Positions 1-8,210 of a stretch of DNA of 64,000 nt are shown here, piece by piece. The translations under genes and the position numbers were made by a program. The notes beneath the pieces were generated by a model. The model searched no databases. It was not told the DNA's origin and worked only from the letters and a program-made list of their open reading frames with translations. Each line of letters starts with the position of its first letter. The stretch's first letter is position 1. Source of the DNA: Candidatus Binatia bacterium (GTDB lineage: Bacteria > Desulfobacterota > Binatia > UBA1149); NCBI GenBank assembly GCA_046754245.1, contig JBHHVL010000002.1:21540-85539 (forward strand). Direction: 5' to 3'.

Positions 1-2
1 CC

Positions 3-716
3 GAGGAGGCCCGCCTGTCCGTCTACAGGGTAGCCGGGGGGGTCGAAGAAGTCGCCAGGTTGACGCCAGGCGAATTTCGGGTGCCGGCCTGGTCACCGGA
101 CGGTAGACGGATCGCGTACGTGGACGCCAGCGGCGGGGACACCGAATATCTCGCGCTGTACCGTCTCGACGATGGTCGGAGTGAGATCGTTTGTGAGCTG
201 GAGGGGCATACGGTGATGCTCTGGTCTCCCGATGGCAGGATGCTCGCGACCTCCCAGGCTGTTGGGGATAGTCCTCACGTGTTCACCGGTGTAACCCTGA
301 TCGACGTCCTCAGCGGTGAAACCCGGGTGGTCAAAGACAGCAAGCTCGTGAGCTTCTTCTGGGCTCCGACCTCGAATCGGTTGGTTTCCATGAGCGTCGA
401 GGATGACCGCGGAATGGAGGTATCGGTCTTCGACCTGCACGGGCAGACTCAAGACCTTAGCCTGCGGTTTTTCCCGACCCGGGAGCTGGTCTACTTCTGC
501 CAGTTCTTCGACCAGTTTGCCTCTTCTCACCCCTTGATTTCTGCGGACGGCACTAGTCTGGTTATCGCCGGCCACGTCGCCGACACCGGAGCCGCGGCGG
601 TAGAGGGAGAGAGCGTGGTCTACCTTGCCTCGCTCATCGACGGTTCGCCGGTAGAGAGGGTGGCGCCGGGCTACTTCGGCTGTTGGGACGCTCGGGTGCG
701 GGAAAACGGCTCTTGA
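3..716 (+). CDS. PD40/WD40-like beta-propeller repeat protein (TolB-like), 5' partial
   Basis: The reading frame is open from the window edge (EEARLSVYRVAGG...). Repeated WSPDG blades (AWSPDGRRIAYV, LWSPDGRMLATS) are typical of PD40 propellers. Confidence 0.6.
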   Translation, partial: EEARLSVYRVAGGVEEVARLTPGEFRVPAWSPDGRRIAYVDASGGDTEYLALYRLDDGRSEIVCELEGHTVMLWSPDGRMLATSQAVGDSPHVFTGVTLIDVLSGETRVVKDSKLVSFFWAPTSNRLVSMSVEDDRGMEVSVFDLHGQTQDLSLRFFPTRELVYFCQFFDQFASSHPLISADGTSLVIAGHVADTGAAAVEGESVVYLASLIDGSPVERVAPGYFGCWDARVRENGS

Positions 717-1315
717 CGGCGACGGCGGTGCACAAGCCGCAGAATCTACTCGGCTTCGGTCGAGTCCTGCTCGGGGTGTTTGTCTTCGTCGAACTGTCGC
801 GGTCGGGGTCGTCGTGGTACGTGCTGCCAGCGGTGGTACTCGCCGCCGCGACGGACTGGCTTGACGGTCGACTGGCGCGAAGCCGGTCTGAACAGAGCGA
901 GGCCGGAAGGTTGACCGACAACGTCGCCGACGCGGTGTTCCTCGCCTTCTCTTTCTCGGGGTTCGCGTTGACGGCGACCTGGACCCATCCCCCCTTGGGG
1001 TCTGCCATAAGGTACAGTCCATACGCGAACTGGCTGCCACTGGCGGCTCTGGCGGCCTCCTTTGGCTCCTACCTCCTGCGTTGGAGCCGTTCCACGCGTT
1101 CTTCCCATCCGATCCCGTTTCGGTCCGTTCGCGGGCATTCTGCGGGGGTCGCGAACTACGCTTTGGCGATCATTGGCGGCGTGGCCGTCTTGCCGGCGGT
1201 GTACGTGACGCGCTGGTTTCTGGAGCCGGCCTTTGTCACTGTAGCCTTGCTGAACCTGACGGCGACGGCCGACAACCTGGCTGCCGTCGCAGGGTTGAGA
1301 AGAGGTCGAGTGTGA
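683..1315 (+). CDS. CDP-alcohol phosphatidyltransferase family membrane protein
   Basis: Carries the family signature D-G-x2-A-R-x8-G-x3-D-x3-D (DGRLARSRSEQSEAGRLTDNVAD) and several hydrophobic helices. The start is uncertain: 683 overlaps the upstream gene, and an in-frame GTG lies at 728. Confidence 0.75.
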   Translation: MGRSGAGKRLLTATAVHKPQNLLGFGRVLLGVFVFVELSRSGSSWYVLPAVVLAAATDWLDGRLARSRSEQSEAGRLTDNVADAVFLAFSFSGFALTATWTHPPLGSAIRYSPYANWLPLAALAASFGSYLLRWSRSTRSSHPIPFRSVRGHSAGVANYALAIIGGVAVLPAVYVTRWFLEPAFVTVALLNLTATADNLAAVAGLRRGRV

Positions 1316-2295
1316 ATACGCACGCCGGGCTTACACGCGGAGTAGGACTGGCATTGTCTGTTCTGCTGGCGTCGTGCACGCCGGTGTCGCGGTACTACGA
1401 GATCCACACCGGGGAGCTCAGCTGCGAAGAGGCCAATCGTTTCGTTCACGATGCTCTGATCGCAATGAAGATGCGCATCACCGCGTTTCGGCTGGCGACG
1501 CCGGGTCGACCCGGGTATCTGAGGGCCACCCGCACGGGCCCCACCGGAACGATCAGTGGAGAGGTGAAGATAAACTGTGACCCCGACGGCGTGCACATCG
1601 TGCCACGGGAGGACGGGCTAGGGGGAGAGCAGTATTTCGCCAGGGGCATCTTCCTCTCCGTGACCGGGAGGTCCGGCATATCGGTAGCTTCGATCAAGCG
1701 CGGTTCGCAAGGAGACGCAAGTCCACAGGCCCCTGCCCCGACTCGATCCGCGCCACCCGGCGGGCCCAGCTCGTCGCAGGCGAACAGACGCCGCGCGGTC
1801 GAGAAGAAAGTCGTCGGCGTATCGGTGAAACTCGAACCGATCTACGGGTTCGCGACGGTACTCGATTTCGAGGCCAACCTCGGGGCCGTAGGCCTGCTAC
1901 CCGTGAGGGTGTCACTGGTAAACGGTACCGAGCGCTACTACCTCTTCGATCCGGCCGACCTGGTGTTGCGCCGCGGCGGTTCGCGACTTCGGGCCTACCC
2001 GCTCAGCGCTGCTCAGGCCATAGGCAGGCTCCGGAGCCGCGCGGCGGCTTCTGTCGGTGACGGTGGGGATTCTCAGCCGCAGGGCGAGGAATCCGCGGCG
2101 ATCGGCGACGTCGCGGCGGCAGCCGCGACGATCAAGCGCGAACAGCTAGGTGCGGCGCGGCTCGCTCCCGGACAGAAGCTATCGGGGTTCGTCTACTACG
2201 ACCTCGGGCGTTATGACCGCGCGCGCTTGACGCTCGTCGACGTGGCGACGGGCGAGACCGAAGGCTTCATCGTCGAACTCGAGGCGATGGAGTGA
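1312..2295 (+). CDS. Hypothetical lipoprotein
   Basis: Lies inside ORF 1081..2295. The GTG at 1312 overlaps the upstream stop (GTGA). The N-terminus VNTHAGLTRGVGLALSVLLASC has a signal peptide plus lipobox. No family recognised. Confidence 0.55.
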   Translation: MNTHAGLTRGVGLALSVLLASCTPVSRYYEIHTGELSCEEANRFVHDALIAMKMRITAFRLATPGRPGYLRATRTGPTGTISGEVKINCDPDGVHIVPREDGLGGEQYFARGIFLSVTGRSGISVASIKRGSQGDASPQAPAPTRSAPPGGPSSSQANRRRAVEKKVVGVSVKLEPIYGFATVLDFEANLGAVGLLPVRVSLVNGTERYYLFDPADLVLRRGGSRLRAYPLSAAQAIGRLRSRAAASVGDGGDSQPQGEESAAIGDVAAAAATIKREQLGAARLAPGQKLSGFVYYDLGRYDRARLTLVDVATGETEGFIVELEAME

Positions 2296-2311
2296 CCCCC
2301 GGCCGCTGGCG

Positions 2312-4387
2312 TTACTCCCGGCTCTGCCCACGAAGGTCGACGACGAGTTTTTCGAGGCCGTCGCGCGCGCGGTCATCCTCTGCTATCGACTCCAGAAGGC
2401 TTTCGTAGAGGCGCAGAGCGATTCGCCTGCAACGCACCGCCCCTTGCGGGTCTCCGGAGTCGTCACGGCTGGCGGCTTCCTTCAAGAAAGCAACGCCGAG
2501 TTTCTTGAACTTCGATCTCTGCCCGCCGTCTTCCAGCGCGATGAGGCGATCGACATCGTCACCGGCGGCGTCGAGCTGCCCGGCCTGGCGGTACCAGTTG
2601 ATGCGCATGGCCAGCACGGCGGCGAACAATTCTGTCTGATCGGGGTAGCGATCTTCGAAACCCTCGAGGCGCGCCATGACGCCGCCGGAGGGCTGCGATT
2701 CATCGCTGGTATACGCGGCCGCGAGCCTGGCCGCGAGATCCGCGGACATCACCACGGCCCTGGCCTCCAGCGGGTCGAGGAGCTTCTCGGTGGCGCGCCC
2801 GGCTGGCCTGAGGGAACGGAAACGTTGCGCTTCCTCCAAGAAGCCGTCTATACCGGCGAGCGCTTGAACGAGCCGTGGTCGAGGGGCCTCGGACCCGGGT
2901 CCCTCCTGGTTTACGGCCTGGTACCCGCACTGCGCCGACTGAAAGGAGGCCTTCAGGTGAAAGGCCGGATCACCGGCGACGCGGCTGAACGCCTCGGCGC
3001 AACCGATGAAGTCGTGTTGGGAGAGCTGCCACTCTCCGAGCCGGAACCAGGCTTCGTGGGCGTTGGGGTGATCCGGGCTCAGCCGGAGGAAGTCTCTCAA
3101 CAGTTCCAGATACATCGTTTCGCTGTCTGCACTGCCGTCGTCGCCTAGCCAGAGTGATTCCGCTGCCTTGAATCGAAGCCACGCGGCCTGTCCGGAATCG
3201 GGGTCCTTCGCGCGTGCCAGTTCCAGAAAAGAACCCAGCTCGGCGATAGACTCGAGGTAGGACCCGGTGTGAAACGCGCACAGACCCCGGCCGTAGTGGG
3301 ACTCGGCGACGTAATCGTGGCGTTCGATGAGTACGCTGAACAGCGGCAAGGCTTCGTCGCATTGCCCGCGTCGGCGAAGCGAATCGGCGATCAGGAAGGT
3401 GACGAAGGTGCTGGCGCCCGAGGCAGCCCACTCTACGGTGTCTTCGACCCCGGCGTCGACGAGCTGGCGCACCTTGGCCTGCCAGTACGTGCCGCGGGCG
3501 TGTAGCTTTTCCATGATCCTCGCTGCTTCCCGCCTGAACTTACCGCGCGTACCGTTGTCGAACGCCGAGCGGTACTTGCCGATCGCGAGTAGAAGAACCT
3601 TCGCTCTGAGGAACATCACCTGCGCGCCGAATTCTCCGGTCGGCACTTTCGCTGCCAGCAAACGGCTCTGCTCGAGAGCGGTGCGGATGTTTCCCAGCGA
3701 CAACTCGGTGTCGCAGAGCGCGAACCGTACCCGCGACGCGATCTCACTGTCGGGATCGTAGTCGAGCGCAGCGCGCAGATCATCGGCCGCCGCCCGGTAC
3801 TGCCGCTGCGCCTTGAGAGCCAAACCGTGCCCGTAAAGACTCTCCGCTGTCAATTCGGAATCACCGCCAGCCATGAATTCGACGAAGCCTTCCGCAGCCT
3901 GCTCGAGCAGGCGCGTGCGCTTGGCCGTGCCGGTTTCAAAGCGCATCGCAATTTCGTAGCGTACCCAGTTCAGACGGTACAGGAGTCGAAGCGCCAGCAA
4001 CTCTCGATCTTGCCAGGCACGACTGTCCTGTACAGCCTCGAGGTCTCCGTCAACACGAATCACCTCGTCCTGCATCTCTTGCAGAGCCGCCGTGTAGACT
4101 CCGCGTACGTTTTCGACGAGGGCCAGAAAGGCGTGGGCTGTAGAAGAAGAAGCCTCGCCGCTGGAAGCAAGCGCGTGGAAGTCGTCGGCCAGGGCCTCAA
4201 TATCCTCGACCAGTCGGCGCTGATCCTGGAATTTCCAGCTCTCTTTGGCCAGGCGCGCGGCGCGGCCACGAACCCGCTGGATCGCGGAGTCGAGCTGCGC
4301 CGGCGAAGCCGAGGCCGCCGCGCTCGGCGGGGAGACGAGCCCGATGAGTAGCAGGGAAGAGACGATGAAGCTGCTGGCGGCTTTCAC
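2312..4387 (-). CDS. Secreted TPR-repeat protein (last gene of the VWA-exbB-exbD-exbD operon)
   Basis: Has a signal peptide (MKAASSFIVSSLLLIGLVSPPSAAASA) and long helical TPR-like repeats. Its GTG start overlaps the exbD stop (GTGA at 4384..4387). Confidence 0.7.
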   Translation of the reverse strand: MKAASSFIVSSLLLIGLVSPPSAAASASPAQLDSAIQRVRGRAARLAKESWKFQDQRRLVEDIEALADDFHALASSGEASSSTAHAFLALVENVRGVYTAALQEMQDEVIRVDGDLEAVQDSRAWQDRELLALRLLYRLNWVRYEIAMRFETGTAKRTRLLEQAAEGFVEFMAGGDSELTAESLYGHGLALKAQRQYRAAADDLRAALDYDPDSEIASRVRFALCDTELSLGNIRTALEQSRLLAAKVPTGEFGAQVMFLRAKVLLLAIGKYRSAFDNGTRGKFRREAARIMEKLHARGTYWQAKVRQLVDAGVEDTVEWAASGASTFVTFLIADSLRRRGQCDEALPLFSVLIERHDYVAESHYGRGLCAFHTGSYLESIAELGSFLELARAKDPDSGQAAWLRFKAAESLWLGDDGSADSETMYLELLRDFLRLSPDHPNAHEAWFRLGEWQLSQHDFIGCAEAFSRVAGDPAFHLKASFQSAQCGYQAVNQEGPGSEAPRPRLVQALAGIDGFLEEAQRFRSLRPAGRATEKLLDPLEARAVVMSADLAARLAAAYTSDESQPSGGVMARLEGFEDRYPDQTELFAAVLAMRINWYRQAGQLDAAGDDVDRLIALEDGGQRSKFKKLGVAFLKEAASRDDSGDPQGAVRCRRIALRLYESLLESIAEDDRARDGLEKLVVDLRGQSRE

Positions 4388-4845
4388 AGGCGGGGCGCCG
4401 TTCCCGTCAACCCGCTGCTGCCGGAGATGGGGAAGACCACTTCGTCGAGCTTCAGTCGCAAGCAGTGGTTGTAGATCCTGATGACGTTCTCGTAGGCTAC
4501 CGAGGCCGACGCATCGATCACGACCAGAGAGTCCTTTGGCACTTGCGCGAGGTGGTCGGCGACACTGCCGAAGTCCACCGCCGGCCAGTCGTCCACGAAG
4601 TACTGAACGCGTTTTCCCGTCTGGACAACGCGGATCACGACCTCACGGTCATTCTCCTTCATATCGAGTTGTTTTTCCTCGATCTCGCCGCCCATGGCGA
4701 GTTCGGAGGGCAGGAGCCCTTCGATCGTCGCAAGCGAGATCGTGAACAGGAAATAGGTCAGCAGTAGAAAGACGCAGTCGATCAGCGGCGCCATGCGCAG
4801 GTCTCCCTCGGGGGGGACTGGTCTAGATTTCCTCGGGCTTCGCAT
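4384..4845 (-). CDS. exbD: Biopolymer transport protein ExbD/TolR
   Basis: About 150 aa. Single N-terminal TM with the ExbD/TolR hallmark (MAPLIDCVFLLLTYFLF) followed by a periplasmic domain. Confidence 0.85.
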   Translation of the reverse strand: MRSPRKSRPVPPEGDLRMAPLIDCVFLLLTYFLFTISLATIEGLLPSELAMGGEIEEKQLDMKENDREVVIRVVQTGKRVQYFVDDWPAVDFGSVADHLAQVPKDSLVVIDASASVAYENVIRIYNHCLRLKLDEVVFPISGSSGLTGTAPRL

Positions 4846-4867
4846 GGCGGTGGGCGGAGCGCGGTCC

Positions 4868-5299
4868 TTAGCCCCCCTCGTCCGCGGTCTGCAGCGCAGC
4901 CAGACTCACGTCTCGGATCCCGGCTTCGGCACTCAAGCGCATGACCCTCTTGATCGCACTGAATTCGCTGCGTCGGTCGCCACGGACAACTACCTCCAGC
5001 TTGCCGCGCTCGAGCTGCTCCTTGCGCGTCTGAAGGTAGGAGTAAAGCTGTCCGGCCGACTTCTGTATGCCACCGACAACGTACAGGCCGTCGCGGGAAA
5101 CATTGATGGATACGAGTTCCACCCGCTCGTCGGTGATTTCCTTGGCCTGATCGGCGCTGGGAAGCTCGACGATCTCTTCACCAGCTTGGCCGAAGCGGAT
5201 CGACATGATGAAGAACGTGATCAACAGAAAAGCCATGTCGATCATCGCCGTGGCACGAAACGAAACCGATCGGGGCCGGTGGGAACGAGCCGATCGCAA
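4868..5299 (-). CDS. exbD: Biopolymer transport protein ExbD/TolR (second copy)
   Basis: 143 aa with the N-terminal TM motif TAMIDMAFLLITFFIM. Sits 2 nt downstream of exbB. Confidence 0.85.
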   Translation of the reverse strand: MRSARSHRPRSVSFRATAMIDMAFLLITFFIMSIRFGQAGEEIVELPSADQAKEITDERVELVSINVSRDGLYVVGGIQKSAGQLYSYLQTRKEQLERGKLEVVVRGDRRSEFSAIKRVMRLSAEAGIRDVSLAALQTADEGG

Positions 5300-5301
5300 T
5301 A

Positions 5302-6096
5302 CTAGAAAACCCCCTTTTCCTTGAGAGGCTCGATCAGATCTTCCGCGCGAGCGACGGCGGCGGAAACCAAAGAATCTATGCGGTTTCGCAGCATGCCGAA
5401 AGCGTAGAGCGTGGGGATGGCGACTATCAACCCCATTACCGTGGTCATCAGGGCTTCGAAGATGCCGCCGGCCAGACGTCTGGGATCCACGCCACCGACG
5501 GCGACCGAAATCTGGTTGAACGAATTCACCATCCCCATCACCGTACCGAGCAAGCCGAGCATGGGTGCTATGTTCGCGATGATGTTGAGGTGCTCGACCT
5601 TTCGAAGTAGACGGCCCGTGAGTTCGTCGGCGCGGTCTTCCATGGCCTTGACGACGGCGTCGTAACCCCGGCCCCTTTCCTTGACGCCGCTGGCGACGAC
5701 GCAGGTGAGGAACGACGGGCTCCCGTCATGCAGCTTGGCGACCACGTGGTCGTACTGTTCACGGTCGAGCAGCGACCGTAGCTGTTTCGTCTCTTCTTCG
5801 GGCATGAGCGCCTTGCGGCGAATCGAGAGCATGTACTCGACGACCAAGGCAACAGAAATAACCGACAACAACAGGATGATGTAGCCCACCCAGCCCCCAA
5901 ACTTTATCAAATCGATGAGGCTGTAGTTCAACGCTTCATTCGACGCCCGGGCAGTCTGCGCCAGCGCCGCTGGTGCGGCCAACAGGACGATTGCGGTCGC
6001 ACCCAGGCCCAGCAGGGCTCCGAGTAGGGCCGTCGACGACCTCCGCGAAAGAGCCGTGCCTGGCAGTGGCCGGCCCGCTTTGTTTTGGGGATTCAT
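5302..6096 (-). CDS. exbB: MotA/TolQ/ExbB proton-channel protein
   Basis: Has TM helices and the conserved C-terminal channel region (IAPMLGLLGTVMGMVNSF ... GIFEALMTTVMGLIVAIP), plus an N-terminal signal-like segment. Confidence 0.85.
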   Translation of the reverse strand: MNPQNKAGRPLPGTALSRRSSTALLGALLGLGATAIVLLAAPAALAQTARASNEALNYSLIDLIKFGGWVGYIILLLSVISVALVVEYMLSIRRKALMPEEETKQLRSLLDREQYDHVVAKLHDGSPSFLTCVVASGVKERGRGYDAVVKAMEDRADELTGRLLRKVEHLNIIANIAPMLGLLGTVMGMVNSFNQISVAVGGVDPRRLAGGIFEALMTTVMGLIVAIPTLYAFGMLRNRIDSLVSAAVARAEDLIEPLKEKGVF

Positions 6097-6143
6097 TGGT
6101 CGTTCTCCTCAGGGCTACTGGTATGAATTACGCCGCCTGGCGC

Positions 6144-7250
6144 TCAGTGGCGAACCGTGTAGCGCGACACCTCTTTTTGCCATCGCGAGCCGAACGCGAA
6201 GAACAGGATCTGCTCGGTAAGCTCGGCGTCGGTGCCGAGCGCAGCCATTTCGCCACCACCTTCGTCGGCTATGGCGCGGAAGGCCCGTCTGACATCCTGG
6301 TAGAACGGGGGCAGGGGTGAGATCTTCTCCGGCGGTTTGCCGTAAAGCCAGGTATGGAGTCGCGTTTCATACTCCTCGTGCATTCGTCTGGTGAGGTCTA
6401 TGGTGCTCATGACTCCGCCCGTATCACGAAATTCTGCGGCGAGGGCTTCGATGGCTTCCATGTCCTTGCGATGAGGTGGCGAACTGCCCACCACGATGAT
6501 TACGCGTTTCGAACGGCGCCGCCAGCTCAGCTCGTCCATTGCTGCTTCGATTCCTTGACGGACGCCCTCTTCCCAATCACCGCCTCCGTCGGCCTCGAGG
6601 TCGTTGATAAAAGCTCTGATCTTGCTAGCGTGGAAGCTCAGATCAGACCAGCGCACGACAAAATCCTCGCCTCGGTCTCGAAAGGCCACGACTCCTACTC
6701 GCGCGATGGGAACCAGGTGCTGGATCCTTTCCACCAGCCCCAGAGCGTTGGCCTTTATGTCGTCTATGACGTGCTGCATACTGGCGGTCGCGTCAATCAC
6801 AACGGCGATGTCGAGGCCGCTCTTGCGCAGCCCGCCGATGAAACTACCAAACTGCGCCGAGAGGCTTCCGGTAACCGTCGTTGGTGAGTACCGAGACTTG
6901 AGGTTGGTGAGGCGCTTGGAACTGGGGCGTGGCGCGGCGAAGCTGCTGAGCTCGGGTAGCCGGACGTCGCGCCGCCGCAGCTGAGGAACCTCGAGTGGTT
7001 TGACCTCGACGTTTTCGATGAGGTTCTCGAGGCTGGTCTGTTCGACCGATTCCGCGGCCAGTGAGATTTGCACCTTCGTTGAACGCGAGCCCGGTACGAG
7101 GCCAAAACCCTCGCCACCGGCGGAAATCGTGATGGTCGCGAGGAGCAAAATGAGAAGAAGATGGAACAGCGCCGATACGGTGAGGCCTTCGAGCCTCCGA
7201 CGGAGCCCCACGTGGTACCGCAGCGCGTCGAAGAAAGTCTTAAGAAACAA
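6144..7250 (-). CDS. Membrane-anchored von Willebrand factor A (VWA) domain protein with TonB-like anchor
   Basis: N-terminal TM LTVSALFHLLLILLLATITIS. VWA domain with a MIDAS-like motif (DIAVVIDATASM ... VVAFRD ... IIVVGSSPPH). First gene of the exbBD operon. Confidence 0.75.
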   Translation of the reverse strand: MFLKTFFDALRYHVGLRRRLEGLTVSALFHLLLILLLATITISAGGEGFGLVPGSRSTKVQISLAAESVEQTSLENLIENVEVKPLEVPQLRRRDVRLPELSSFAAPRPSSKRLTNLKSRYSPTTVTGSLSAQFGSFIGGLRKSGLDIAVVIDATASMQHVIDDIKANALGLVERIQHLVPIARVGVVAFRDRGEDFVVRWSDLSFHASKIRAFINDLEADGGGDWEEGVRQGIEAAMDELSWRRRSKRVIIVVGSSPPHRKDMEAIEALAAEFRDTGGVMSTIDLTRRMHEEYETRLHTWLYGKPPEKISPLPPFYQDVRRAFRAIADEGGGEMAALGTDAELTEQILFFAFGSRWQKEVSRYTVRH

Positions 7251-7387
7251 GGCGTTAGAACCTTACCGCCAATGCGAGCAGCAGACAAGACGCTTTTTGC
7301 CGCCGGTCGTCGGCTTTTGGCCTTCGGCGCTTGTATAAGGACGATCAGCGTTGAGTTTTCCGCGCAGGCTCGCAAGAATCAACAGAT

Positions 7388-8182
7388 ATGGCTACAAAAA
7401 TCACAGAAGACTGTATCAACTGTGGGGCGTGTGAGCCGGAATGCCCGAACACGGCTATCTACCAGGGGGGGGTAGGCTACGAGTCGGGGGGAGCGAAGCA
7501 CCCGGCTCTCTCGGAGGACTTTTTCTATATAGTCCCGGAGCTGTGCACAGAATGTGTGGGCTTCTTCGAGCAGGAGGCCTGCGCGGTCGTGTGTCCGGTG
7601 GATTGTTGCGTGCCGGACCCCCAGCAGGTGGAAAGCGAGGAGCTACTCATCGGCCGGGCGAAGAGCCTACACCCGGACACGGATTTTGGCTCCGAGTACC
7701 CTTCTCGCTTCAAGGCCGGTGCCGCGGTCGCGGCGGCTCCGGCCGCGAAGGGGGAGGGTGCCACGCAGGCGGATGGCCAATACCAGGAAGCGTCGGAAGT
7801 GGTTGGTAGCGTCACGGAGTCCGATGAAGACCAGGCAGGGGGGAGATCCGTCGCCGAGTTTCCGATACCGCTTCGGTGTCAGAGCTGCGAGGGCGAATAC
7901 GAAGTCCGGTTTGAATTCTTCACGCCGGGCACGGTTCTGCGCTGTCCGTACTGCCAGTTCTCCTTCAGCCCAGGACAGCGCCTGTACCTGGAGCTGGCCG
8001 GTCGGATCGACGCTTACGCGGACCGTATGAACGCCGAAATCGATCGTCACCGGGAAGCGATCGAAGTGGAAGCGGCCGATCATGCGAGAAACACCGACGC
8101 GATCGAGGCGTCGGTCTCGGGGGATATTCGTGACATTGTGCGCAGCCTGACCGAAATTCCGAAGAAATCGGTCTTCGGCTGA
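7388..8182 (+). CDS. 2x[4Fe-4S] ferredoxin (YfhL/Alvin-like) with a long C-terminal zinc-ribbon/coiled-coil extension
   Basis: N-terminus CINCGACEPECP ... CTECVGFFEQEACAVVCPVDCC, then an Ala-rich linker, then CQSCEGEY ... RCPYCQF. Confidence 0.8.
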   Translation: MATKITEDCINCGACEPECPNTAIYQGGVGYESGGAKHPALSEDFFYIVPELCTECVGFFEQEACAVVCPVDCCVPDPQQVESEELLIGRAKSLHPDTDFGSEYPSRFKAGAAVAAAPAAKGEGATQADGQYQEASEVVGSVTESDEDQAGGRSVAEFPIPLRCQSCEGEYEVRFEFFTPGTVLRCPYCQFSFSPGQRLYLELAGRIDAYADRMNAEIDRHREAIEVEAADHARNTDAIEASVSGDIRDIVRSLTEIPKKSVFG

Positions 8183-8210
8183 TTCGAGGGTAGCATCCTG
8201 GGTATGGCTA

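Noticed and set aside
93-1040. 315-aa minus-strand ORF spanning the first two genes
   Set aside because: It is Arg/Pro/Ser-rich and low-complexity, typical of antisense frames in GC-rich DNA. It lies opposite ORFs with clear PD40 and CDP-alcohol phosphatidyltransferase motifs.
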